The position numbers and the translations under genes were made by a program. DNA of 64,000 nt, from contig CAWAUM010000003.1 of the NCBI GenBank assembly GCA_963785235.1, positions 1-64,000 of the forward strand, in the 5' to 3' direction. Under the pieces are notes generated by a model that had not been told where the DNA came from, searched no databases, and saw only the letters and a program-made list of their open reading frames with translations. The stretch is from an uncultured delta proteobacterium (lineage in GTDB: Bacteria; Desulfobacterota; Desulfomonilia; UBA1062). Below are positions 12,402-23,176 of this stretch, piece by piece. The number at the start of each line of letters is the position of its first letter. The stretch's first letter is position 1.

Positions 12402-13892
12402 ATGAAAACCTTGCGAGCCTTCTCTATTGTAATGCTGTGTCTTGTTGCACAGGCAGAGTTATGCCTTGGGTTTGATATTAAAAAAGTCATTCTGTTCAAC
12501 GATCAGGCATTGGTGAGCTTTGATAGCGAGATAAGCGGTCATCTCATAATCGATGCCCCTCCTGAGATTGTTCCGGATTCACTGGTGATTACACCCCATG
12601 AAGGTGGATCGGTCCGCTCGGTAAGTGCTGAGCCAGCGAGGACCATGTCCGGAAAGGTTAAGGACATCAAGGATACCCTTTCCAGAAAACAGGCCACCCT
12701 TGCAATCCTGAAAAAAGAACAGGCCATGTTGGAAAAACAGATAGATATCATCTACGACGCTGCCGGTTCAAAGGGAAAAGCGACAACCTTTGAAAAGGCG
12801 CGTCTTGCCGATGCGCTCGGATTTATTGAGAACAGGGTTACTGTACTGAATAATCGCATTGTTGAACTCTCCGGAAAGACTGAAAAAATCGAGATCGAGA
12901 TCAAGGATTTGCAGAACCAGCTTAATAAAGTGAGTCAGAATCCTGGATACAGGATCGAGATCACAGGGAACGGCCCTGTGGAGGTATCCTATGTCGTCAG
13001 GGCAGCATCATGGAAACCGGAATACAAGGTATACGCACTTCCCGGCACCAACAGGATAACGATCGAATCTTCCGTACAGGCCCGCCAGTCAAGCGGCATG
13101 GACTGGGACATCAAAGAAATGTTCGTATCTACCGGAAAACCGAGCTTCGGTATCGAAGCCCCGGAGCTCCAGCCCTGGTATCTCTACAAGGTATCAAAAC
13201 GCAGTGCCGTGTTGAAGGCCGAATCCTCTGACAGAGCACTCATGGCAGCCGCTGCTCCCATGGAGGACAGCAAGAGGCGTCAGTCGAAGCCACGACCACA
13301 TCATACCTCATAGGTGCGGCAAAGAACATACACCTGCCTGGCGACGGTTCACCTGCCACGGTCAAACTGGCAAAAAAGACCTTCAATGCCGATTTTTCCC
13401 TCGTTAGTATTCCCAAATACAGCGAATCCGCCTTCCTCCGGGCAGGCTTTACTCTTGACAATGAAGCACCGCTCATCCCGGGTTCGTACTCTTCTTTCGT
13501 CGATGGCGTGTTCTCAGGCAGAGGGAGTGATGAAACACATAGAGCCCGGGCAAAAGATGAACCTGGATCTCGGCATAGATGAGGGCATCAAGGTTGAGAG
13601 GAAGGAAACCCAGGCATTTCATGACAAAACCCTTATAGGAAAGGATCGGATGACCTATTCCTATGAGATCACCATTGAGAATACCCGAAAGCAAAAGGCA
13701 TCCATCACACTGAAAGACCAGATACCCATATCACGCGAAAAAACCATAGATGTAGAGCTCATAAAATCAGACCCGGAAGTGAAACCGGACTTAGAAGGTA
13801 TCCTCACGTGGAACCTCGATCTTGCTCCTCGCCAGAAAAAAAAGGCCTCGTTTACATTTACGATTGTTGGGGATGCTTATATCCCACACTGA
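12402..13892 (+). CDS. DUF4139/DUF4140 (MuiA-like) protein, frameshifted near 13270 and 13515
   Basis: Signal peptide, coiled coil, ASWKPEY, QSSGMDW, YEITIEN...LKDQIP...GILTW. Confidence 0.8.
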
Positions 13893-14077
13893 ACCGGATT
13901 AAAATCCATAGGATATATCGATACCATGGGTTTGTTCTGAGGATGGTGGCATTACAATCAGACGGGAGTTCGCTGAGCGCTGATTGGTGGCCACAGAGCA
14001 CTGCAAACGGCATGACAGCCCTATGGACAGACGGAACGATTAGGAGGCGAGCGGAGGGGTAAAACGATAATAATCTA

Positions 14078-14986
14078 TTACACGAGTATTTCTTGAAGCC
14101 GATTGAACTCTGTCTTTCTCTTTACCGGGTTCATTTTGCTGATGTTAATGAGCTTCCATTGAAGCGCGGGAAACTGGTCCAGGTTCTGGACACCTAAACG
14201 TTCCCACTCAGGCTCACCACGTTTCATGGACAAAAGGAATTCCTTTTCGTCTTCATCCAGAGACTGAACAAGCATGCCGGAAAGGTTTCGCTGCAACTGC
14301 TGTAATTCCTGCAAGGAAACTTCTTCCTGAATCATACCCATAAACTGATCATCGTACAATGACCTTATGTCTAAAAGGTTCGGTGATAGAAGCTCATTCA
14401 TGGGCCGGTTATGCCCGGCAAGATACACAACGAAAGAACGCCTGATCTCAGGCGTGATGCCTGTATCCTCGAGCATTAGCTTCACATCGAAGAGATCCCG
14501 GGGGTGTTGCCGGTCCAGAGCTGCACAAAGTTTCCCCCCGTAGAGATCGGCAATGGACAATATCGATACATTCACAAATGATCCAAACTGCTTCTGTGCA
14601 GCCGGGCACAGATCCATGCTTCGGGCAGGATGAATTGATCCCCTGAGTATGAGGTTCGGCTCGACTTTGATTATTGCATCGTCGGTAGAAACTGAGAGCT
14701 TCACAACGTAGCCCTGGACCCTGTTCCCACGAACGCGTGAGCCGGGGATGCGGTTTTCGATATCATGCTTCATTGATAGGAGTGCATCATTGATCTCGGT
14801 GAGGGATTCATCCCGAGGTTTCAGCGGGAGGTAAGTCAGATCGATGTCTACGGATACCCGAGGCATATCCCTTACAAATAAGTTTATTGCAGTCCCACCC
14901 TTGAGAGCAAAGAATGAATACCTGTTGATCTCAGGAAGGCACCGTATAAGTAACCGAACCTGTGCCTCGTACCTACTGTCATACAC
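14078..14986 (-). CDS. abiEii: Type IV TA toxin, AbiEii/AbiGii nucleotidyltransferase
   Basis: FALKGGTAINLF..DMPR.SVDIDL, IKVEPN, LYGGKLCAALDRQHPRDLFD. Confidence 0.92.
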   Translation of the reverse strand: MYDSRYEAQVRLLIRCLPEINRYSFFALKGGTAINLFVRDMPRVSVDIDLTYLPLKPRDESLTEINDALLSMKHDIENRIPGSRVRGNRVQGYVVKLSVSTDDAIIKVEPNLILRGSIHPARSMDLCPAAQKQFGSFVNVSILSIADLYGGKLCAALDRQHPRDLFDVKLMLEDTGITPEIRRSFVVYLAGHNRPMNELLSPNLLDIRSLYDDQFMGMIQEEVSLQELQQLQRNLSGMLVQSLDEDEKEFLLSMKRGEPEWERLGVQNLDQFPALQWKLINISKMNPVKRKTEFNRLQEILV

Positions 14987-15776
14987 CGGGTAACTCCACA
15001 GGTTTTGGTACTGTTATCTGATAGTGATGATTGAACTGACCACCCTTGTAGATCTGGCGCTTTCCTTTACCAAGATCAATCTTTGAGGTATTGAGCCGCA
15101 AGAACCAATCATGTCCAATTGTTTCTGCGCTCCATAAGAAAAACCTCTTTACCCGTGCCGAGCGGCAGTTCTCAAGAAGTTCCTGTACAACGCCTGGTCG
15201 AAGCGTATTGAGTCCCTCCATGAGCTGATATGCATGTTCAACATCCTCATTGTTTCCAACTAGGTGCATCTGTTCCATGATAGCGCGTTCTGCGCTCGAC
15301 ATGAGAATTTCGAATCCCCCGCAGTCGAATTTAGAAATAGCTTTAGTCGGGATGCTCGCAAATAATGTCATCCGGATGTGTTCAATAACCGCATCCCAGT
15401 TTTTATTCCGGAACCATGCCGGTAACTGTTCTGGTTTGTCGCTTATCAGGATAACCTTTTTATGTTCACCGAGAGGGACATAGTGAGATAGCCCATGCAT
15501 TTCCAGGGCTGTTCTACCTCCTGCATGAACAGTCATGCCAAGTTGGGTCTGTAAGGAATACAGAGCACCCTGCCAGTCTATCTTGTCACCTGGCTGATTG
15601 AACGCCCTGGCACCGAAATCTTCCAACCAACCGGATCTAACATGCCAGTCAGCCAGTCTGGTAGATACGCCAAGCTGATTGAGCCACACCAGTGTTGCAA
15701 CCGTTCTCTTCGGCCACTTCTGGTATACCCAGTTCATTTTTGATGGTTCTTTTCTTGTCATACTGGTTGATATCAT
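14979..15776 (-). CDS. abiEi: Type IV TA antitoxin, AbiEi family transcriptional regulator
   Basis: HAGGRTALE, SSAERAIME, LRP.VVQELLE.C...VKR.FL, LGKGKR; overlaps the abiEii start by 8 nt. Confidence 0.9.
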   Translation of the reverse strand: MISTSMTRKEPSKMNWVYQKWPKRTVATLVWLNQLGVSTRLADWHVRSGWLEDFGARAFNQPGDKIDWQGALYSLQTQLGMTVHAGGRTALEMHGLSHYVPLGEHKKVILISDKPEQLPAWFRNKNWDAVIEHIRMTLFASIPTKAISKFDCGGFEILMSSAERAIMEQMHLVGNNEDVEHAYQLMEGLNTLRPGVVQELLENCRSARVKRFFLWSAETIGHDWFLRLNTSKIDLGKGKRQIYKGGQFNHHYQITVPKPVELPGV

Positions 15777-15777
15777 G

Positions 15778-15811
15778 ATGAACTGATTTTTTTTAAAAAG
15801 GATCAGTTCAT
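15778..15811. promoter_or_regulatory. 34-bp inverted repeat, probable AbiEi autoregulatory operator
   Basis: ATGAACTGAT-TTTTTTTAAAAAGG-ATCAGTTCAT immediately upstream of abiEi; characterised AbiE antitoxins bind promoter inverted repeats. Confidence 0.65.
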
Positions 15812-15994
15812 ATTTATCTCTATAACTCTAGGATTACTTGTATCTTGTCAACAAAATTAAACTATCAAGTCATTGAATCTTTTCTTAAATATCTGATCAA
15901 ATAGACAAGGATACATAAACGAGAACTGGGGCGGAAATCACTTGAATTCAGAAAATACTATTTTTTAAGTTATTAATATGATTGGGATTTAAAT

Positions 15995-16071
15995 TGGTCG
16001 GGACGAGAGGATTTGAACCTCCGACCCCCTGAACCCCATTCAGGTGCGCTACCAGACTGCGCTACGTCCCG
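15995..16071 (-). tRNA. tRNA-Pro(GGG)
   Basis: Reverse complement CGGGACGTAGCGCAGTCTGGTAGCGCACCTGAATGGGGTTCAGGGGGTCGGAGGTTCAAATCCTCTCGTCCCGACCA; 77 nt, anticodon GGG, encoded CCA. Confidence 0.97.
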
Positions 16072-16186
16072 GAACCGAGATACCTGCTAGCACAGCCATA
16101 TTTGGAGTGTCAAGGACAAGGCGATTTATTTGACAAGCAGCTTATGGTGCCGGGCATAAGGCCTGGGCCTCTAACCCTGGTCAGCC

Positions 16187-17410
16187 CTATGTCTTTGGCT
16201 TTGCGCTACGCTTGGCTATTTGAGCGACATCAAACTGCCTGGAGAAGTAGTATCTCATAACCAGACGGGAGAGTGTATCTGCCTCAATCCAGAAATATCC
16301 GTTGCGGATGAGCAGGCATCCGATTGTGATGGCCTCGTTACTGGTACGGTTCTGTGCATACCCGACAAACCAGTTTCTCCGGCCCTGCGGATCGTTTCCA
16401 TCAATACTGCCGCTCTTGCCTCCGATGGTGAGATCTCTGAGTACCTTGTCAGAGTCGATATGTCTGAAGGCCTTGGCAACCGTACCGCTTCGAGCCGTCC
16501 GTTCCATCATGAAAGCAAGGTTGCGAGCCGCTTCCTCACTCATGGCCTGAATATGTTCATCTTCCTCGGACCTGACGAGCCTGGGTGTGACCATAGATCC
16601 TTTATTCAGTACCGAGCTTACCATCTGGGCAGCATGCACCGGCGATATCTTTGTCTGTCTGTTGAATCCGCAGGAAAGCTCAGCGAGGTTGTATTCAGTC
16701 TGGGGGAAAAAAATGGTACTTGGTGTGCACTCGATCTCTTTAAGTGGTGACTTCCAGAAACCAAGTTTCATGGCTGTCAGGTAGATGGGGGTCTCACCGA
16801 GATGGAGCATGCCGATCTTTGCAAAGACTACATTATTGGAGTGTGCAAATGCATCAGCCAGGGTGATGTCGGCGGTCCACCGGTCTTTCCTGTCTTTGAG
16901 CTGGTTCTTGTAGAGGGTATGGGCATTGCCTGTGTATGAAAAAACACTGCTGCTGTTATAACCTCCCTGATCCATGGCAGCTACAGCAGTTACCACCTTG
17001 AAAATGCTTGCTGCATGATTCGGATCCAGGCAGAGGCTGCAATCCTGTCCGGAGGGTTTCTGGCCGTACATGGCAAGGATGTCACCGGTACGGGCATCCA
17101 TAACCACGATGGCACCATAATAGAGTTTATACTTAACAGCCGTCTCTGAGATAAACTGTTGGAGGCCCCAATTGATAGTCAGATTCTGCCTTTTAATGCT
17201 GTCCTGATCGATAAGGGCGAGGTCTTTTTTGGCAAGCGCTGCTTTCTTTTCCTTTACCGGGACCATTTCTGCCACGCCTTTGTTGTCGGGCATGAAAAAA
17301 AGAAATCCCATGATTAACAGGAGCGGCAACAGGAGATAGCGAAGGCGCAAGAACCTCCGTTTTTTCCTCTTCAGCAGAGGATATTCGTCCATTGGAAATT
17401 GTTTTATCAT
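16187..17410 (-). CDS. Penicillin-binding protein, transpeptidase domain with N-terminal membrane anchor
   Basis: SxxK (ASIFK), SxN (HSNN) and KSG motifs; basic patch plus TM helix at the N-terminus. Confidence 0.88.
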   Translation of the reverse strand: MIKQFPMDEYPLLKRKKRRFLRLRYLLLPLLLIMGFLFFMPDNKGVAEMVPVKEKKAALAKKDLALIDQDSIKRQNLTINWGLQQFISETAVKYKLYYGAIVVMDARTGDILAMYGQKPSGQDCSLCLDPNHAASIFKVVTAVAAMDQGGYNSSSVFSYTGNAHTLYKNQLKDRKDRWTADITLADAFAHSNNVVFAKIGMLHLGETPIYLTAMKLGFWKSPLKEIECTPSTIFFPQTEYNLAELSCGFNRQTKISPVHAAQMVSSVLNKGSMVTPRLVRSEEDEHIQAMSEEAARNLAFMMERTARSGTVAKAFRHIDSDKVLRDLTIGGKSGSIDGNDPQGRRNWFVGYAQNRTSNEAITIGCLLIRNGYFWIEADTLSRLVMRYYFSRQFDVAQIAKRSAKPKT

Positions 17411-17729
17411 TGTATATCTTCTTTCGGCATATTGCACATAGATCTTATAGATGTCAACATTTACGCCGCCAGCCATATCAATGAGCATTAGGCATAAAAC
17501 GGCGTTATTTTCTCTTGTTCCATAATATTTGTGGATAATCACAGACTGTCACGTATCATCAACTGATATATCCACAAGAGAGGCATCACCACAAGACTCT
17601 CCCTTGATAAACCTCGTGCCTTCTGGTAGTCTTTCGGGCTCATCATCATGTGAATCATATGTGAAAATAGGAAAGTGTGCGATGTATTGCGCGGATTCCC
17701 CAGGTAGGGCTATGAATGAGGCGTAAGAA

Positions 17730-18812
17730 ATGTCTATGAAAAATGAAATGGAACATATCAGGGCCGCCATCGATGCCATTGACGACAAGATACTTAAACT
17801 CCTCCATGACCGATCTATGTTGTCCGTGGAGATGGGAAAAATCAAACGTGCGGAGAAGAAAGTCATCTTTGACCCATCAAGGGAAGAAGAAATCATCAGC
17901 CGCATCGATGCCAAATGCGAAGCACCACTGACCAGGCCTATGGTAGAGGGCATCTTTCGCGAGATCTTCAGCGCCTCACGATCATTACAGCTGCGACAGA
18001 AGGTGGCATACCTCGGTCCGGAAGGAAGCTTCTCGCACCAGGCGGCCTTCTGCGTATTTTCACTTGACGGTGACCTCATACCATTCAAAGACATTGAAAA
18101 GGTCATCCAGGCTGTTGCCTCATCCAGGGCGGATATCGGCGTTGTGCCTGTGGAGAACTCCACAGAGGGTATGATCAACCGCACTTTGGATATGATGGCA
18201 ACTACCCGGCTTTGTGTAATCCAGGAGTTCATGCTTCCCATCCGGAACTGCCTGCTGGCCAATATTCCGAAAGAAAATATCCGAAAGGTGTTTTCACATC
18301 CCCAGCCGCTTGCCCAGTGCAAGGTGTGGCTCTCATCAAACCTGCCCCAGGCGGAGATCATTGAGACCACGAGCACCTCAGAGGCTGCAATGGCCGCACG
18401 GTCTCACGAGGATGGGGCTGCCGTGGCTTCTTCAATGGCCGCAGAACTCTACGGGCTTTCCATCTTTGCCGAGAATATCAATGATTTCAGGGAGAACATT
18501 ACACGGTTCTGGGTAATCTCCCGCACGGCTGCACCGGTATCAGGCAAGGCAAAGACATCCATTATCGTCACCCTCGATAACCGACCCGGCGCCTTGTACA
18601 ACGCTCTGGGCGTATTCGCACGAGAAGGGATAAACCTCACCAAGATCGAGTCACGGCCTTCAATGAAAAGCCCATGGGAATACCTGTTCTTCATCGACTT
18701 TCAGGGAAATCTCATAGATGAAAATGTAAAGACGACTCTTGAGGAGATCAAAGAATTCACCAGGGATGTGATCATCCTGGGCTCTTACCCTGAAGGGAGA
18801 ACGCTTCCATGA
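17730..18812 (+). CDS. pheA: Chorismate mutase/prephenate dehydratase
   Basis: IRAAIDAIDDKIL, VAYLGPEGSFS, PVENSTEG, SHPQ, TRF, INLTKIESRP. Confidence 0.96.
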   Translation: MSMKNEMEHIRAAIDAIDDKILKLLHDRSMLSVEMGKIKRAEKKVIFDPSREEEIISRIDAKCEAPLTRPMVEGIFREIFSASRSLQLRQKVAYLGPEGSFSHQAAFCVFSLDGDLIPFKDIEKVIQAVASSRADIGVVPVENSTEGMINRTLDMMATTRLCVIQEFMLPIRNCLLANIPKENIRKVFSHPQPLAQCKVWLSSNLPQAEIIETTSTSEAAMAARSHEDGAAVASSMAAELYGLSIFAENINDFRENITRFWVISRTAAPVSGKAKTSIIVTLDNRPGALYNALGVFAREGINLTKIESRPSMKSPWEYLFFIDFQGNLIDENVKTTLEEIKEFTRDVIILGSYPEGRTLP

Positions 18813-19897
18813 AGACTGTGGAACCCAATGAGTGGGTCTTCACCATCCCTGAATATATCCCTGGCAGGTCAAAGGAAGAGATCGCCAGACAGTATGGGGC
18901 GGCAAATCCCATCAAACTTGCATCCAACGAAAATCCGTTGGGGGCAAGCCCCAAGGCCCTTCAAGCCATCAGAGAGACCATGAGTGCCTCACACCTTTAC
19001 CCGGACCCTGATTCAAGAAATCTTCGAACAGCAGCCGCACGATTCTTTGGTTGCAATATCGAAGACATCATAGCCGGGAATGGCTCGGATGAGATAATCG
19101 ACCTCATCTGCCGGGCATACCTGAAACCGGGAGACGAGGTGATCATCCCATCGTGTACCTTCAGCTATTACCGAATCGCATCTTTGGCATGCGGCGCTCA
19201 AGTAGTAGCCTCACCCATGAAGGATCACTGTATAGATATCACGGGTATTGAGGCTGCCTTAAACCCTAGGACCAAGATCATCTTTATTGCAAACCCCAAC
19301 AATCCCACAGGGACGTATCTTAAAGGAAATGAGCTCCTGAGCTTTATCAATGCCTTGCCGAAAAATGTACTGGTGGTTATTGATGAGGCTTATGGGGCCT
19401 TTGCCAGGGCAGATGATTTCCTGAGCGCCATATCTCTCACCCAAAGCACATCAAACCTTATTACTATCCATACGCTGTCAAAATCCCATGGACTTGCAGG
19501 TCTCAGGGTGGGATTCGGTATTTCATCGAAGGCAATCCTTGATACACTGCTTCGAATCAAACCGCCGTTCAATGTGAACATCCTTGCCCAAAAGGCTGGA
19601 GAGGCAGCACTGAACGACAACGCCTTCTTCAAGGAGACCCTTTCTAATACCTGGGACAGCCTGGATACCTTTTATGCTGCATTCGAAAGACTCGGTTTAT
19701 CATATGTCAGGTCGCAGACAAATTTCGTCCTGGTGCACATCGGCAAGGATTCACCCAGGGTCTATGAGGATCTCCTGAAAAGGGGCATCATCACCCGATA
19801 CATTGCAAACATCGGGCTTGATGAGTATCTCCGGGTAAGCATCGGATTGCCCGGGGAAAACAAAGCATTCATTGATGCCCTTGAAGAGGTCTTATGA
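18809..19897 (+). CDS. hisC: Histidinol-phosphate/aromatic aminotransferase
   Basis: IKLASNENPLG, GNGSDE, NPNNPTG, DEAY, TLSKSHGLAGLRVG. Confidence 0.95.
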   Translation: MKTVEPNEWVFTIPEYIPGRSKEEIARQYGAANPIKLASNENPLGASPKALQAIRETMSASHLYPDPDSRNLRTAAARFFGCNIEDIIAGNGSDEIIDLICRAYLKPGDEVIIPSCTFSYYRIASLACGAQVVASPMKDHCIDITGIEAALNPRTKIIFIANPNNPTGTYLKGNELLSFINALPKNVLVVIDEAYGAFARADDFLSAISLTQSTSNLITIHTLSKSHGLAGLRVGFGISSKAILDTLLRIKPPFNVNILAQKAGEAALNDNAFFKETLSNTWDSLDTFYAAFERLGLSYVRSQTNFVLVHIGKDSPRVYEDLLKRGIITRYIANIGLDEYLRVSIGLPGENKAFIDALEEVL

Positions 19898-20722
19898 AGG
19901 TAACAATCATAGGCCTCGGGCTCATTGGTGCATCCATCGCAAAGGCCCTTCGCGATACCGCCCATATCACAGGCATCGACATGAGCAGCCGGGTTATAAG
20001 GCAGGCACTTGAAGATGGAGTGATATCAGATGGCGGAACCGACATGGCTATAGCCTCGGGGAGCGACATTGTGATCATCGCAGTGCCTGTAGGAAGCATC
20101 GTGGATGAAGCAGTCAGGGTGATCAGACATATCAGCGAGAATACGGTCCTGACCGATACAGGCTCCACAAAGGCCCACATCGTAAGAAGCATTGACAAGG
20201 TCTTTCCTTCGTTCGTGGGGTCCCATCCCATAGCAGGCAAGGAAAATCCGGGTTATACCCACAGCCAGTCAGACCTGTTCAGGGATGCTATGACCATCAT
20301 CACCCCGTCGGCATCAACACAGTCAGGATTGCATCGTTAAAGTCAAACAGCTGTGGGAGACTTGCAACTCCCGAACCCATATCATGGACCCTGTGAAACA
20401 CGACCAGCTCATGGCCATCATCAGCCATATGCCCCACCTTTTGAGCTATGCATCCATGAGCATGGCAGGTGATCTCCATATACACAAGCAGCTCTTGGGA
20501 GCCGGTTTCCGGGACTTCACACGCATTGCCGCTTCAGACCCTCTCATGTGGAGGGATATCTTCCTGGAAAATAAGGATAATATCCTGCCGCTCATAGACA
20601 AATACGTAGAAGAGCTGAAGTTCGTCAGGACACTCATCGAAGAGGGAAAGACCAAGGAGCTGGAAAAAGCACTATCATCTTACGCTCAGATCAAGAGAGG
20701 TTTGTATGGCGATTCACGGTGA
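19894..20722 (+). CDS. tyrA: Prephenate dehydrogenase (frameshift near 20325)
   Basis: IIGLGLIGAS, TDTGSTK, HPIAG; second ORF HD..MA.ISHMPH, GFRDFTRIAAS.P.MWRDI. Confidence 0.92.
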
Positions 20723-21950
20723 GATCACCCCTCCCCCGGACAAGTCCATATCCCACAGGGCCTTCATGCTTGGAGCCCTGGCTGAAGGCACTACTATCGT
20801 AAGGAATTCCCTGAATTCAGAAGACATCAAGAGCACAAGGTCCGCCCTTATTGCACTTGGGGTTGATATTCAAAAGGATGGAGACATATACCGGGTAATA
20901 GGATCACGGGTCAAGGAACCGATTCAGGTCATTGATTCCGGCAATTCCGGAACTACAGCCAGGCTCATATGCGGCATCCTTGCCGGGCTGGACGGGATAA
21001 TCACCCTCACAGGGGACAGCTCGCTGGTCCAGCGTCCCATGGCACGTGTTATCAAGCCGTTAGAGCTTATGGGGGCGCGTTTTATGGCCCGCAAAGGCGG
21101 GTATCTGCCCCTGGCCATTAAGGGCGGCAGTCTTAGGGGGATCTTCCACCCCATGGAGATATCTTCCGCCCAGGTGAAGTCTGCCCTCCTTCTCGCAGGA
21201 TTAAAAGCAGAAGGACAGACCACCGTAAATGAACCCTCACCAAGCCGTGATCACACAGAACGCATGCTTGGATACTTCGGGGCGACCTTGAGCCTCAGCC
21301 ATAATTCCGTTACAATTAAGGGCGGCCAGAAGCTTGAGGCGCGCGACATAATTGTCCCTGGAGATCCATCATCCGCTGCCTTTCCCATAGTATGGGCAGC
21401 CGCCGTGCCCGGCTCGGAGATCATTGTGCACGATGTATGCCTGAATAAAACCAGGACCGGCTTTCTTTCAGTACTTGAGCGCATGGGTGCTCAGATCGAG
21501 AGGGTCAATGTTCAGGAAAGGGCCGGAGAGACGGTGGGTGATCTGATAGTACATGGCTCCGAGCTGCAGGGCACTACTATAGCCGGTGATGAAATACCCT
21601 CTCTTATCGATGAGATTCCCATCCTGGTAGTGGCTGCCGCCCTGGCCTCAGGCACCACGGTCATCACTGATGCCAAAGAGCTGCGGGTGAAGGAATCAGA
21701 CCGGATTACTGCCTTGGTGCAGGGGTTGTCAAGGCTCGGCGCACAGGTCGAGGAACTCGACGACGGTCTCATAATCAAGGGACGCTCACAACTATCTGCA
21801 GGAAACATCTCAACATTCTCCGACCATCGGATCGCCATGTCATTTTTCATCCTCTCCCGGGCTTCGGGTATTGATATCCGCCTCGATAACTCGGAGTGTG
21901 TGAATATCTCATATCCCACCTTTTTCACAGACATGGAGAGGCTGAAATGA
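20706..21950 (+). CDS. aroA: EPSP synthase
   Basis: DKSISHRA, GNSGTT, SAQVKSA, RDHTERML, ELRVKESDRI, DHRIAM. Confidence 0.97.
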   Translation: MAIHGEITPPPDKSISHRAFMLGALAEGTTIVRNSLNSEDIKSTRSALIALGVDIQKDGDIYRVIGSRVKEPIQVIDSGNSGTTARLICGILAGLDGIITLTGDSSLVQRPMARVIKPLELMGARFMARKGGYLPLAIKGGSLRGIFHPMEISSAQVKSALLLAGLKAEGQTTVNEPSPSRDHTERMLGYFGATLSLSHNSVTIKGGQKLEARDIIVPGDPSSAAFPIVWAAAVPGSEIIVHDVCLNKTRTGFLSVLERMGAQIERVNVQERAGETVGDLIVHGSELQGTTIAGDEIPSLIDEIPILVVAAALASGTTVITDAKELRVKESDRITALVQGLSRLGAQVEELDDGLIIKGRSQLSAGNISTFSDHRIAMSFFILSRASGIDIRLDNSECVNISYPTFFTDMERLK

Positions 21951-22609
21951 CCTACCGCACCATTACCATTGACGGACCAGCAGGCAGCGGTAAATCAAGC
22001 GTTGCAAAAGAAATAGCGAGAAGGCTGGGATACACGTTCCTTGATACCGGTGCCATATACCGCGCCGCTGCTGTTATCGTTGAAAAAGCAGGCTGTGATA
22101 TCCACAATGACAAAGAATGCGCCTCTGTCCTTGCAAAGGCTGACATCAGGATAACAGCAGGGAAAACCTTTGCAAACGGCAGAGATGTTACTGATGAGAT
22201 CAGGTCACACCATATCAGCGAACTGGCCTCGGCAATTGCAGCTCATCCTTCCGTACGGGAAGAATTGCTTGGTATACAAAGGGCATTCAAAGGAAGCACC
22301 TCTCTGGTAGCAGAGGGGAGAGATACGGGAACAGCGGTATTCCCCGATGCGGACATTAAATTCTATCTTGATGCCACACCCGAGGAAAGGGCCAGGCGCA
22401 GACACTCTGAGTCTGTAAGCAAGGGAATTGATATTCCAATGGAGCAGGTCCTTGTTGATCTTGAACGGCGCGATAAACGGGACAGCACGAGGATGGCCTC
22501 ACCATTGACCATACCTGAGAACTCACTTGTGGTTGATACGACACACCTTAATTTCGAAGAGGTAGTGAAGAAAATCCTCTCAATTATTAATGAGAGGTTA
22601 GCCGATTAG
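21947..22609 (+). CDS. cmk: Cytidylate kinase
   Basis: ITIDGPAGSGKS, DTGAIYRA, EGRD.GT.VFPDA, RD.RD..R. Confidence 0.96.
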   Translation: MTYRTITIDGPAGSGKSSVAKEIARRLGYTFLDTGAIYRAAAVIVEKAGCDIHNDKECASVLAKADIRITAGKTFANGRDVTDEIRSHHISELASAIAAHPSVREELLGIQRAFKGSTSLVAEGRDTGTAVFPDADIKFYLDATPEERARRRHSESVSKGIDIPMEQVLVDLERRDKRDSTRMASPLTIPENSLVVDTTHLNFEEVVKKILSIINERLAD

Positions 22610-22828
22610 GAGGCGGTCCTGCTTGCCTGTATCCTCTAAAGTGGCATCTTTACGCATCTCTAACGCCATATGGTCAAGTATCTCTCTTGAAAAATTTATA
22701 ACATCCTTGTTTGTAAAACCATTACGGACGAGTTCCTTGTAAAGGCTCTTGGCAAGGATCTTGGTAGCCCTCGTAGTATCCATATTCTTTAAAATTATAT
22801 CAAGATTACCTTTTGTGTTCATATTCAA
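22598..22828 (-). CDS. Small hypothetical protein
   Basis: 76-aa ORF with helical KILAKSLYKELVRNGF core, purine-rich RBS and an upstream sigma54-like promoter. Confidence 0.6.
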   Translation of the reverse strand: MNMNTKGNLDIILKNMDTTRATKILAKSLYKELVRNGFTNKDVINFSREILDHMALEMRKDATLEDTGKQDRLLIG

Positions 22829-22853
22829 TCCTCTCTCACTTGCCCATCATGAA

Positions 22854-22870
22854 TGCATCTACCATGCCAA
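22854..22870 (-). promoter_or_regulatory. sigma54 -24/-12 promoter
   Basis: Minus strand TTGGCATGGTAGATGCA (GG-N10-GC) about 30 nt upstream of the small ORF. Confidence 0.6.
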
Positions 22871-23176
22871 GTATGATAATTGTTAATTTTACGTTAATAT
22901 ATCAATGGTTGTATGTTCAATTACTTAATCACTGTGCGCCTTGCTGTGGAAATTCTGCAATAGGTGAATTGCCATTCATACTGTGCATATGGTCCCCAGG
23001 CCGATCTAGAGAGATTTCACTTCTGCTGAAGAAAAAACACACCCCAGAAAATATCTCCATAGACAAGGATTTCGGTTCAAGATTGACAGGTTAAAAAATC
23101 GTGGCAAAGCCGCTTTGTTATTTTCTTATCACCAGCCACACAATTTTAATCACTGCTCACTGCCGACTGACCACTG

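Noticed and set aside
13893-14077. attL/attR duplication of the tRNA-Pro 3' end
   Set aside because: No copy of TGGTCGGGACGAGAGG was found on the far side of abiE, so no intact integrative element is claimed.
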